A stretch of 64,000 nt of DNA from an uncultured Nitrospiraceae bacterium (GTDB lineage Bacteria; Nitrospirota; Thermodesulfovibrionia; Thermodesulfovibrionales; UBA6898): positions 896,001 to 960,000 of the forward strand of contig CAWEQH010000010.1 of assembly GCA_963811165.1 (NCBI GenBank), given 5' to 3'. Positions 1 through 9,437 of this stretch are shown here, one piece after another; positions within the stretch are counted from its first letter, which is position 1; each line of letters opens with the position of its first letter. The notes under the pieces were generated by a model, which made no database searches, had not been told where the DNA came from, and saw only the letters and a program-made list of their open reading frames with translations. Both the position numbers and the translations under genes were made by a program.

Positions 1-221
1 CTGTTTCATCTGTGATGTAGAATGGTCTTTGAAAGTCCTGCATGTAAGAAATAAATGCGTTCGACACCAGACCGGATGTTCGTGTAGCAATCTCTATACA
101 TATTGCCAGTGCTTATCTTACTATCTTTTTGATTGGAAGTAAATTTTTCGCCGGTCATCTTTTTATCTTCCCAACTCCTTGACTCCGTCATTTCATTATA
201 TTTGGAGGTCAAACGATAATT

Positions 222-237
222 AGCAAATAGCGTGCTA
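222..237 (-). promoter_or_regulatory. sigma54-like -24/-12 element (TAGCACGCTATTTGCT)
   Basis: One mismatch to TGGCACG-N4-TTGCW, at the normally invariant -24 GG; identical copies at 13029-13044 and 18097-18112. Confidence 0.45.
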
Positions 238-302
238 AGTTTCGCATCTGCGCAATTATGAGTGAGACTACTCCGGACCGCAGTGCGCATAAACTCAGAT
301 TT

Positions 303-372
303 TGTCACGCCGGGCTTGATCTGGAATCCGGGACCCTTGAAATCACCGTATTCCCGCCTTCGCAGGGATGAA
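303..372. repeat. REP-like palindromic element within the duplicated promoter module
   Basis: GTCA..CCGG..ATCC / ATTCCCGCCTTCGCAGGGATGA hairpin pair; homologous copies at ~13115-13190 and ~17952-18026. Confidence 0.5.
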
Positions 373-482
373 GAAGTATTTCACGTAATACACAGATCCC
401 TACTATATTAATTCAGTTAATCATCGACCTTCCAAAAAATTATTTGTCAGGCCGGACCTAATACATTGCTTTTCGATCAGCT

Positions 483-526
483 GGGGTTATTTCACCCCAA
501 AAAGGGTCATTTTAGTCACGCGGTTG
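483..526. promoter_or_regulatory. Tandem palindromic operator / putative sigma54 enhancer (UAS), copy 1
   Basis: GGGTTATTTCACCC-CAAAAA-GGGTCATTTTAGTCAC; recurs 5 times in 1-23 kb. Confidence 0.6.
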
Positions 527-586
527 ATAGATGATCAATCCTGGCTTAGCTCATTTTGCCTGGACTTGAATTCGTTGGCAACCAAT

Positions 587-619
587 AAGAGGGGGGAATG
601 GTTCCCATTCCCCCCTCTT
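587..619 (-). terminator. Stem-loop terminator after the omcE-like gene
   Basis: AAGAGGGGGGAATGG-TTC-CCATTCCCCCCTCTT perfect inverted repeat just past the stop codon. Confidence 0.75.
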
Positions 620-636
620 TCATTGCCTCGAGCAGA

Positions 637-1446
637 CTATAAGGTCGAGCACTTCTTGTGGCAGGTGCAGCAAAGATTACTCGATGTGTTTGAAACCCAG
701 AGGAAGTAATCGCCGTCGTTCTTTGTGTTGTGAACGTCGTGGCAGGAACCGCACTCAACATTGCCGCCGTAAAGCGCGTCGTTGATCGTCATGCCGTGAG
801 TGGACCCGATGAATGCAGTACCCGTCGGCTGGATCTCGTCATCGCCTCCAACTATCACTGCCTGATAACCGATTCCAACTGGATGATGGTTGCTCAAGTC
901 GCCCCCCGCGCCGATCAAGATTCTACCGGTGGCTTTAAGATCACTTGCATTACCCCTAAGGTTGGAGTCGACAGACCCGTAAGCGCCGATCGCGATCGTG
1001 CCGTCATGGCAGCTCAGGCATAGCTTCGAAACTCCGCCCGGCTGTCCAATGACTTGGCCGTTTACTCCGGAATTCAGCTGATGCGCAATGCTGTCGGGGA
1101 TGTAGGGTTGACCGGGGTCGGTATTCTGATAGCCGGTAAAATTCGCCGTTGTTACCGCATGGTTCCAAAGAGGGTAGTAAGTCAGGCCTGCTGCTGCCGC
1201 GTCAGCCGGCTTTATCGTATGGTGCGGAGCGTGGCAGAATATGCAGATTTCATTGTATTGGTTGGGAGTGGCAGGCACCCAAAGGCCTTTTGTTCCCGGA
1301 CCTGTTGAACTGAGGTCGTGGGAAGTACCTTTAATGCCTGATCCAGGACCATTTGGGCCCATCGTCGCAGAGACGAGGGTAAATCCTAATAGAAGTATCC
1401 CCATCGCTATGAAAAGCGCTAAAACATGTTTTCTCATTTTCTTCAT
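637..1446 (-). CDS. OmcE-like secreted tetraheme cytochrome c (nanowire-type)
   Basis: Signal peptide; 4 CxxCH (CIFCH, CLSCH, CGSCH, CCTCH); motif series IKGTSHDLS..ICIFCHAPH..PLWN..SKLCLSCHDG..DLSNHHPV..ECGSCHDVH..FL..S.LC resembles Geobacter OmcE. Confidence 0.85.
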   Translation of the reverse strand: MKKMRKHVLALFIAMGILLLGFTLVSATMGPNGPGSGIKGTSHDLSSTGPGTKGLWVPATPNQYNEICIFCHAPHHTIKPADAAAAGLTYYPLWNHAVTTANFTGYQNTDPGQPYIPDSIAHQLNSGVNGQVIGQPGGVSKLCLSCHDGTIAIGAYGSVDSNLRGNASDLKATGRILIGAGGDLSNHHPVGIGYQAVIVGGDDEIQPTGTAFIGSTHGMTINDALYGGNVECGSCHDVHNTKNDGDYFLWVSNTSSNLCCTCHKKCSTL

Positions 1447-1554
1447 TTCTCCTTATCCTTTTTTTGTCTGTTAAAAATAACCCTTTTTCGCCTATCTCTA
1501 TACCCCCGTATCTTTGATAGGCCATTTCTACTGATGGCAGACAATATTTTAGAG

Positions 1555-1570
1555 AGCAACTATTATGCCA
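1555..1570 (-). promoter_or_regulatory. sigma54 promoter of the omcE-like gene (TGGCATAATAGTTGCT)
   Basis: Canonical GG(-24)/GC(-12) spacing, ~110 nt upstream of ATG 1446. Confidence 0.75.
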
Positions 1571-1575
1571 TCTCT

Positions 1576-1603
1576 AAAGGCAGGCGGTTGCCCGCCTGCC
1601 TTT
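1576..1603 (-). terminator. Intrinsic terminator after the giant cytochrome
   Basis: AAAGGCAGGCGG-TTGC-CCGCCTGCCTTT hairpin just past the stop at 1617. Confidence 0.8.
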
Positions 1604-1616
1604 CTGAGAAGCAGAA

Positions 1617-4600
1617 TTACGGGAACGATACAGGTGTGTTCACACTTGATACCGCAACAGACTTAGTCGAATTCAGGACACCGTATTTGTACGCCTGAAC
1701 TGAATAAGTGCCGGCCGACAGGGTTGTCGCCGTCGTGTAAGCGCCACCTGCATTCGTGGTCCCCTGCGCAACAATCGTCCCGGACGAATTCTTCACGGTA
1801 ATTGTCGCGCCGCTGACAACCGGACTCGTGGTTACAGCGATGCTGTACTTCGTTGTAGCCGTTACCGAAGCCGCAAAGGCGGCTACAGTTGCACTCGGGC
1901 CTACCGATACGCTGCCTGATGCCGGTGTAAGGGTCACACCCGTCTTGAACGGAACAACGGTATAGGTACCGGGCTTCACATTCGTGAAGGTATAAGTCCC
2001 TGCACCAGAAACTGGAGTGTAGGTATTTGCGACAACGGTCGTCCCGCTCTTCAGACTGACAAGCATATTATTGACATTCGGGGAAGCCCCGGTCACTGTG
2101 CCTGTGATCGTGAAGGCAGTGAGCGCACCGCTCGATGCAGTAGCGCTGTTGCTTAGCCCACCCGCATCGGTTGCTCTCAACGTGATGGGGTAAGTGCCTG
2201 CCGCCGTATAGGTGTGCGAGAAAGCTGCCCCCGCATTGCCCGTCGAGGAATAACCGTCACCCCAGGTTACCCTGACAGCATTCGTCGGGAAGGCGGCGTC
2301 GTCTGTGGAAGCATCGGTAAACGACACTGTCCAGGTATTGGCATCCGTGGTCACGGTGCCGATTACAGCAACTGGAGGCTGGTTCACAGATACCGGCGCA
2401 ACCATATGGGACACGCTGGCCGAAAGGCCGGAATCTGCGTTAAGGGTAAGGGTTACGGTTCTCGGCGTGGCATCGCTATAAGTGCGAGAAGTAGTTATGC
2501 CCGTACCCGTCGTCGAATCACCGAAATCCCAACTATATGTGCAAGCTGCGCCGCTTGGACATGTAGACGTACCGGCATTGAAGTTGACTTTGTAGGCTAT
2601 CGTGGAATCGTCTGTCCAAGTGAAATTCGCTGCAGCAGCAACACCTGCAGTAGCAGGGTCCATTAGATGCGCCAGCTGGGTTGATGTGAAACCGAGCAGA
2701 TCGTTTGCGCTGATGTATGTCTTAACGTTGACACACTTGTCGGCAGATGTACCATCCTGTCCAACGCAATACCCTGTTCCTGTCATCCCGCACGGAACAT
2801 CAGGCCCCATAAACCCATAATTTGTAAGACATCTTGCTGCCTGGTCCCATCCTGCCGCATGAGCTGGGTTGTCAGGATTCTTCTCTGCAAAGATAGGCCA
2901 TGTTAAATCCAGCGGACCATTGCTCTGCAGCACGACCTTATTGTGTGTACGCGATTGTGCCCTTGTGTACATAAGGGAACCCAAACTGCCGAACGGATCT
3001 CGGCCAAACTGGAACAATGCCTCGCTGTCAGGAAGGCTACCCTGGCAATCGGCATTTACCGCGCAAGCCTGACCTGCCCTGAAACCGCCATTGTTACCTG
3101 CGCCAGTGGAAGCGCACGTATGGGGCCAAGGTGACCCCGGCAGTGGTGCACCTGTACACTGACCGGCAAACATCTGGCCAACCGGCATGTCAAAACCAAT
3201 CATACCGGCCGTCGGCGCAACAAATGTAGGACTCGGCATACAGTTGTTGACGTTCACAGGGAAACCTAAAGCATCAGCCTGACTCTTCATGCCGGCCATA
3301 GGATTACAGCCGTGTGAGGTGCCATCCTGCGTCTCCCTCAGGAAAAGGCCCTGAAGCCCTGCTATCCCGTCGTTAAAGCCCATCATGCCGGCGGTGCTGG
3401 CAGCATGGGTTGCATCGATGCCTGTATGCGGCATGCCCATCATCGCGTCAAAGCCCGCGTTCATTAATGCGGTGCATTGACCGATGGTGGTGATTCCCAT
3501 GCCAGACAACAGACTATTTGGTGAACATGCTGCATTAGGATCATTCAGATTGCCTGTCATCTGATTGAAATAATAACTGTCCGGTGTCAACGGGAACATG
3601 GAATCTAACATCCCTGCGGGGTTCGTCATCCCATGAAGCATCGACCCAAGCATATCCAGACCTGCTACGCCGTAAACGTTCTGTGTCGAACAACCTGAGC
3701 CGCCGCATGTGTTGGCTCCGCAGAACTCTTTGGCGCAGTCGAAGTCTGCGAACAGCGCCACAGGGTTCTTAATGAGATCGAATTTTCCGACAAAGAAAGC
3801 GCCGATCATCGGGACCATGTTGTCGATCTGATTGACATCACCGGCTGCGAATTGAGGAGTGGCCCTCTCCGTGTACGGCTGAAGGCCCTCGAAGAAGCCG
3901 ACAGAATACGGCGAATAGTTGGGATTTGGACCATTGGGCATTCCATGGGCGTCAAACGTGTAAGGCTGCGCGCTCGAGTGGCAGTTTAAGCAGCCGCCTC
4001 TTTCAGTCGCGCCCAGAGCCCACTCTTTCGGAGCTACGCCGTGGGTCTCATCAAAGGAGGCATGGAATATCTTTTCGAGCTTCAGTTGTTTACTGGAGTC
4101 GCTAGAGAACATCGTGGCACTCTTGGCCCTCATAGCGTTCCTCTTTGCTATGGTGTCCATTGCGAGATTGTCCGTAAGGACCCAGTTGTCAAACACAGGC
4201 GCCATAGAGCCGCCGTTGATACGGACGCCTTGCAATGATCCGTCCGCTATCGCTGCCGCCGCTACGTCGATAATGTCCCTCGCCATCGAAGGAGTTACAT
4301 TGGCCGCATTGCCAGGCCGGCAAGCGCCCGGGATGCCCGTTGCGCCCATGTTCATGTCCGGGTAGGTCGCATAGCCGGGACAGTCGGCGTCAGAGTTACA
4401 TGTCCACAAGACCTTGACGCCACTCTGACATGTCTTGATAGCGTTTGGTTCATTGTCGAGGTTAAAAATGGTTGTGTTATCGTTGTTGGCCGGGTCCTCA
4501 TTGGCTGCATCCACCCCGGTGTCATTGCCAGGAGAGTTCAGAACCAGCGGGTCACTCGTTGTGAGTCTCGACGTGGCCGAAGTGCCGAAGGTGCCGGGGG

Positions 4601-6704
4601 TCCAATTGTTGATCACGCTTATCCAGTTAGGAACTTCAATAGGCGTGACCGGGTAGATCTTCGTTTCGCCATACTTGTGGGCCCATTGATGGAGCTGCTT
4701 GGTAGAATCGCCGGAAGCGGTGACAAAGTCGTAACTGAAGTCGTATACGTTTCTGTTGCCGCCGGCCGCCTCTGTGCCTCGTTTAAATTTGCCCGCCGTG
4801 AAATCTCTGTACTTCAGTTTGAAAGGTTGAATATAGATTTCCGGTATATGGCAGGTCGTACATCCGATCTTGGCAAGATGTAACGCAGGGAAGCTGCTGT
4901 GTGTCGGGGTCGGAGGGAAAGGACTCACCGACTTAGGCGTGCCATCTGCATTAAAATATCTCGGATGGGTATTGTCGACGTGGCAGCTTTCGCACGAGAC
5001 AGTGCCGTCAATGTGGTTAGTGCCATAGGCGTCCTTGAGCGAGTCGCCCTGCGCGAAATTGTGGTCGATGCCCTGAATCACCTCCTGGGGATAGGCCACG
5101 CCGTGATCGGTCGCTGCGGGAATGGTCACCGCGCCGCCCTCAAGGATAGACGAGCCTAATCCATAATGGCAGGTTGCGCACTGCATGCCTGCCGCGTCAT
5201 GGACATCCTGATCAGGCATTTTCGCTTTGGTCACCAGGGGACCAAGTTGCGTTGTGTAAGTGTGATCTGTAATAGGCGTACCCGGCATAATGCCGAGACC
5301 GAACATTGCACTGAACATGCTCATACCCCATTTATCATTCGGGCCTGCGCCGGTCTTATCGCCTCTTTTGCCCATACCGGTCTTGCAGCCCAGTTCCATC
5401 CACCGCACAGGGTTCGAATTGTCGGCGGATAGGCTTCCCGGGTCGACGTCTAAAACAGTGCTTTTAGGGTTGATGATGAGGTAGATACCATACCCGTATC
5501 TCACCGGATTCAGCATGCCCGGGAGACCCGGTGTGTTGTCGTCACGTCCGTGACACACCGTACAGTTCTGGCTGTTCGGCGTGCCCTGGATCATGCCGGC
5601 CGAGATTGTTGACGGAACGCCGCTTATGCCGGTAATGTGCAGATGTCCGTCGGGAGCCATGGAAAGACTTGCTTTGGCTCCTATACCCAGCGAAGCGGCC
5701 AGGTTGAACTGTTGGTCCTGTATCGCCAGTGTTCTGTTGAACGAGTCGTATTTTGTGCCTGGCAGATACATGCCGGCGCCGTTTCTGCCCATCATATTGG
5801 GATCGGTCAGCGCAGGATCGGTACCATTAGGAGCCAACTGATATGCGCAGTAAGGATCGTTGATTGGTCCGAGCTGTACACCTGAACCTAACACGCTACG
5901 GCCTGCGCAGTCGATGGAATTAAGGAACGCACGACCGTTGCCCGATATGTTCGAACTATCATGCAGGTGGCAGAGGAGACAATCGACTTCTGCCTTGTTG
6001 GTACCGCTCATGTGGGTTGCGGTGATCCCGCCAATGGGATCATCGAGCGTCGGAGGTTTGAAATAATAGAAGTCGCCGCTTCCCTCCCCGGCCGAGCCAT
6101 AATCATTCCTGTCCCTGTCATATTCCAGCTGACCGCCACCGGCGTGACAGTGACCGCAGCTGAATGCCCAGTCCTGCATGCCGGTTTCCATCGATTTTGC
6201 TAATTGTGCTGGTGTATCAGAAGGTGAGCCCTTTGCCGCCAACTGGCGGTTTGAGGGTGGTCAATACTTGCCGTACATGCCCGCGGTGCTGGTGAAGAAC
6301 AGATCACCGAATTGGGCCCTGTACGCGTTGGTATAGGTTTCGTTACGTCCCTGATTCATGTGTTTTCCAACGGAAACACCATGCGCAAAGGACTTGGTCT
6401 GCGACGCTTCCCAGGTAACAGAAGAATCACTGCTTGCAAGCACACCCTGAACGTGCGTCGAATATTTATCTCCCGAGCCGTAGTCGTGGCCTGCAAAATC
6501 GATGATGTCACCTGATGAAATGTGGCATGCGCGGGCGCAGGTCGCCTTCGGGCTGTACGGCGTTGCGCTAGTCACCGGACTGCCGTTGGCCTGCAACAGC
6601 GGTACATCTCCGCCGGAATGGGCGGCCATTGCCACCGCGGAACCGGCGAAGAACAATATAGCAGAGAAAACTGCTATATATACTTGTAAACTAATTTTTT
6701 TCAT
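1617..6704 (-). CDS. Giant secreted octaheme cytochrome c (OTR/MmcA-like core plus PKD/Ig domains), predicted selenoprotein with Sec at UGA 6263-6261
   Basis: ORFs 6261..6740 and 1617..6242 are in the same frame, separated only by TGA plus 6 sense codons (..GMYGKY*PPSNRQLAAK..); ATG 6704 has a GAGGAG RBS and a signal peptide; 7 CxxCH plus 1 CxxxCH; C-terminal PKD-like repeats. Confidence 0.8.
6229..6260 (-). promoter_or_regulatory. Putative bacterial SECIS element
   Basis: mRNA UGA-CCA-CCCU-CAAA-CCGCC-AGUU-GGCGG-CAA-AGGG: two-part hairpin whose apical loop starts 16 nt after UGA, with G at loop position 2. Confidence 0.7.
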
Positions 6705-6937
6705 AAACTTCTCCTCTGTTTTAGATTCTTGTCGATGCAAGTAAAGGATGAAGGGGGGACTTTTGCGAGATTGTGAGTGGGGCTGTCAGGCGCATCCTCT
6801 AACAGAGAATCGCCGCCAGCATCTGCGGTAACATCGGTCACGGCATGGTAAGAGGCTGCCGTGGTTTCCCGAAGGCCCGCCACAAACACAAATGAGGACA
6901 AGACCATATTACCGAACTCTAATCTTAGGTTCTCCAC
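6701..6937 (-). CDS. Small hypothetical protein / upstream ORF coupled to the cytochrome start
   Basis: AGGAGG RBS before GTG; its TGA overlaps the cytochrome ATG (ATGA). Confidence 0.35.
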   Translation of the reverse strand: MENLRLEFGNMVLSSFVFVAGLRETTAASYHAVTDVTADAGGDSLLEDAPDSPTHNLAKVPPSSFTCIDKNLKQRRSL

Positions 6938-7192
6938 AAATCCCTCCTAAAGGAATTGCTTCATTCTCACCGGAATCAGGCTTCTGGTCCCGACAATTCC
7001 GCCTTGTGAAACTTAAGTCAACAATATATTCAAGTTACGTCGGCTACCTCCTTGGTCCCATTTTTCACAAACATCTTTACGAATAGGTCCTCGTAAGATT
7101 TCTGACCTCGAAATAAAAAATCTGATTTTTCTCCTTCTCACCTCCTCCTTGAGTCTGCCATTAAATTTTGGGGGTACAATATCTTTATCCAT

Positions 7193-7209
7193 TACAATAG
7201 CCATGCCAA
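7193..7209 (-). promoter_or_regulatory. sigma54-like promoter (TTGGCATGGCTATTGTA)
   Basis: -24 GG intact, -12 GT instead of GC; UAS motif ~125 nt upstream. Confidence 0.55.
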
Positions 7210-7331
7210 GTTGCATATCTTCGAATTTATGAAGTCCGGATGTTGATTAAGTATTTGATCCTGTTAACAATTCACTTTCATGAAATTATTTCTGAGGCCC
7301 GCATGCCGAATTGCCCCCCTCCGGACAACGA

Positions 7332-7375
7332 GGGTCATTTCACCCCAAAAAAGGGTTATTTTAGTCACACGGTTG
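7332..7375. promoter_or_regulatory. Putative UAS, copy 2
   Basis: GGGTCATTTCACCC-CAAAAAA-GGGTTATTTTAGTCAC. Confidence 0.65.
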
Positions 7376-7451
7376 GGTCCTATCGAAAAAAAGAGTTTTA
7401 CTAAAAAACTACGTTTTCGTGTTACAGCCAACAAAAGACGAGGAGGATTTG

Positions 7452-7640
7452 ATGACCGGGCGAAACCCTTTCACGTGGCCTATTTTGAAGCGCAGATTCT
7501 GGTTTTATGTACGCCGGTATTTGAAATTTCTTTATGCTACCGGACCGTTAAGGAAAAGGTGATAGAGAGGGCTTTTGATAGATCATGCCATAATCTACCG
7601 GTGGGTACAGCATTATGCTCCTGAGATCAAAAAGATAAAC
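7452..7640 (+). pseudogene. IS6-family transposase N-terminal remnant
   Basis: Frameshifted fragments KPF..FEAQIL.LC..CYRTVKE..ER and IDHAIIYRWVQHYAPEIKK match the IS6/IS26 Tnp N-terminus (..VDHSTIYRWVQRYAPE). Confidence 0.75.
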
Positions 7641-7730
7641 GGAGGTTCATTTCAAACGACGGTGGGATCGCGGCCGCCTACTGCTAACCTCATTTCAAAA
7701 AGCTCAAACAGTGCGGATTTTAGTCTCCTT

Positions 7731-8303
7731 TCATTCTTTCCACCGAAGTTCGTATGCAATCTCCCATGTGCCTGCCGATACCATGGACTTGCTTTTTGCC
7801 TGCATCGTCAAATCCCTGCCGCCGGCCATTTCAACGGCTTTTTTTGAGTATCCGAGACATGCGGGGGGCAGCCAGTCCAGAAATATTTCCGGCAGGGTGA
7901 ACTTCACTACCGCATGCCCTTTTTCGCTCAACGGCACTTCTACCTTCCCGGAATTAAAAAACTTGTCCCAAAGTATGGGGTAGTTCTTTATCACGAAGGA
8001 AGGGTTCGCAAAAGTAAAGAAGATCTTATATATTTTGTTCAGGCTTTGGTCGGCGATATACTCGTAAATGCAGGCGATCTCGGAGTCCTTAGCAGACTCT
8101 AGCTCCCTGGTGAGTACCGATATCATCTCCTTAAACGCGGTAAAAGGATATTCATGGTTAACGAGAATCCCGGCTTCCCAGCTTTCCTGAGATTCCTTTG
8201 ACAGCGATTCCATGATCCGTGCCCATACATCCCCTCCGTATTTAGCTTCTATGAAGCGTTTAGAATAGAGAAAGTTGACTCCTTTGGCTAACACCTGTTT
8301 CAT
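7731..8303 (-). CDS. DUF2378/TIGR02265-like (H-NOX/V4R-fold) protein, paralog 1
   Basis: KG..F..FI..KYG..W..I N-terminus, YP(F) and LW..FF..G motifs; RBS GGAGG; 4 paralogs in the window. Confidence 0.65.
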   Translation of the reverse strand: MKQVLAKGVNFLYSKRFIEAKYGGDVWARIMESLSKESQESWEAGILVNHEYPFTAFKEMISVLTRELESAKDSEIACIYEYIADQSLNKIYKIFFTFANPSFVIKNYPILWDKFFNSGKVEVPLSEKGHAVVKFTLPEIFLDWLPPACLGYSKKAVEMAGGRDLTMQAKSKSMVSAGTWEIAYELRWKE

Positions 8304-8624
8304 ATCCTGCCCTCCTTTAGAAATTGTCCGTTCCTCATCCTCACGCTGTCGCCGCCTATGTTCGTTAGTTGAACTGGATGGCAGATTTCAGTATTCTTCA
8401 TGCGGCGTATTTGGCCCAATATTTTTCCTGTGGAATAAGATGCCAACATTTTTGTAAAGAATAATATACCCAACCGCAAGGCTTGTCAATAACTGCAGAT
8501 TTTATATGGAAGCAAGGCAAAAAGGCCGAACGAGACAAATTCAGACAGCTACTTTCGTTAGAAGCGCCATCATACTTTCTTATATACTGCGTTCTCAGCG
8601 GAATACCTCATCATTATTCTCCTT

Positions 8625-9194
8625 TCATTCTTTCCACCAGAGTTCGTACGCAATCTCCCATGTGTCTTCCGATATCATGGACTTGCTTTTTGCCTGCATC
8701 GTCAAATCCCTGCCGCCGGCCATTTCAACGGCTTTTTTTGAGTATCCGAAGCATGCGGGGGGCAGCCAGTCCAGAAATATTTCCGGTAGTGTGAACTTCA
8801 CTACCGCATGCCCTTTTTCGCTCAACGGCACTTCCACTTTCCCGGAATTGAAAAACTTGTCCCAAAGCCTGGGGTAGTTCTTTATCACGAAGGAAGGGTT
8901 CGCAAAGGTAAAGAAGATTTTATATATTTTGTTCAGGCTTTGGTCGGCAATATACTCGTAAATGCTGGCTAGCTCGGAGTCCTTAGCCAACTTTAGTTCC
9001 CTGGTGAGTGCCGATATCATCTCCTTAAACGCGGCAAAAGGATATTCCTTGTAAACGAGAAGCCCGGCTTCCCAGATTTCCTGAGATTCCTTTGACAGCG
9101 ATTTCATGATCTGTGCCCATACAGCCTCTCCGTATTTAGATTCTATGAAGCGTTTAGAATAGAGAAAGTTGACTCCTTTTGCTGCCACCTCCAT
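8625..9194 (-). CDS. DUF2378/H-NOX-like protein, paralog 2
   Basis: Highly similar tandem duplicate of 7731..8303. Confidence 0.65.
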   Translation of the reverse strand: MEVAAKGVNFLYSKRFIESKYGEAVWAQIMKSLSKESQEIWEAGLLVYKEYPFAAFKEMISALTRELKLAKDSELASIYEYIADQSLNKIYKIFFTFANPSFVIKNYPRLWDKFFNSGKVEVPLSEKGHAVVKFTLPEIFLDWLPPACFGYSKKAVEMAGGRDLTMQAKSKSMISEDTWEIAYELWWKE

Positions 9195-9437
9195 ATCGTG
9201 TCCTCCTTGATAAAACTATTCTTCCTGTCTGAAATTACCCGGGTCATTATCAAATCCTCTTCATTTAAGGTGTTTTTTTTGTTCGGTGTTGTACCCTTCG
9301 GCTCATGGTAACTAAACCTCAACATCCATGGCGGCGTACGCTATGTCCAAGGTCCTTTTGCTTGCGTTGTCCGCCCTCCTCTTTCTTGAGAGAACCCGAC
9401 AGTCCTATACCCATTTCTTCTGTTTCTTGATATTTTT

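Noticed and set aside
6261..6263. Genome-wide UGA reassignment (Trp/Gly) as the explanation for readthrough
   Set aside because: Conserved genes in the window (gatB, apt, atpH, ald) end at TGA at their normal C-termini
6720..7190. GEMM-I (c-di-GMP/cGAMP) or Moco riboswitch in the cytochrome leader
   Set aside because: Consensus elements were not found by eye; only local hairpins are present
8428..8446. sigma54-like TTGGCATCTTATTCCA upstream of DUF2378 paralog 1
   Set aside because: The -12 TTGC is absent; too weak to call
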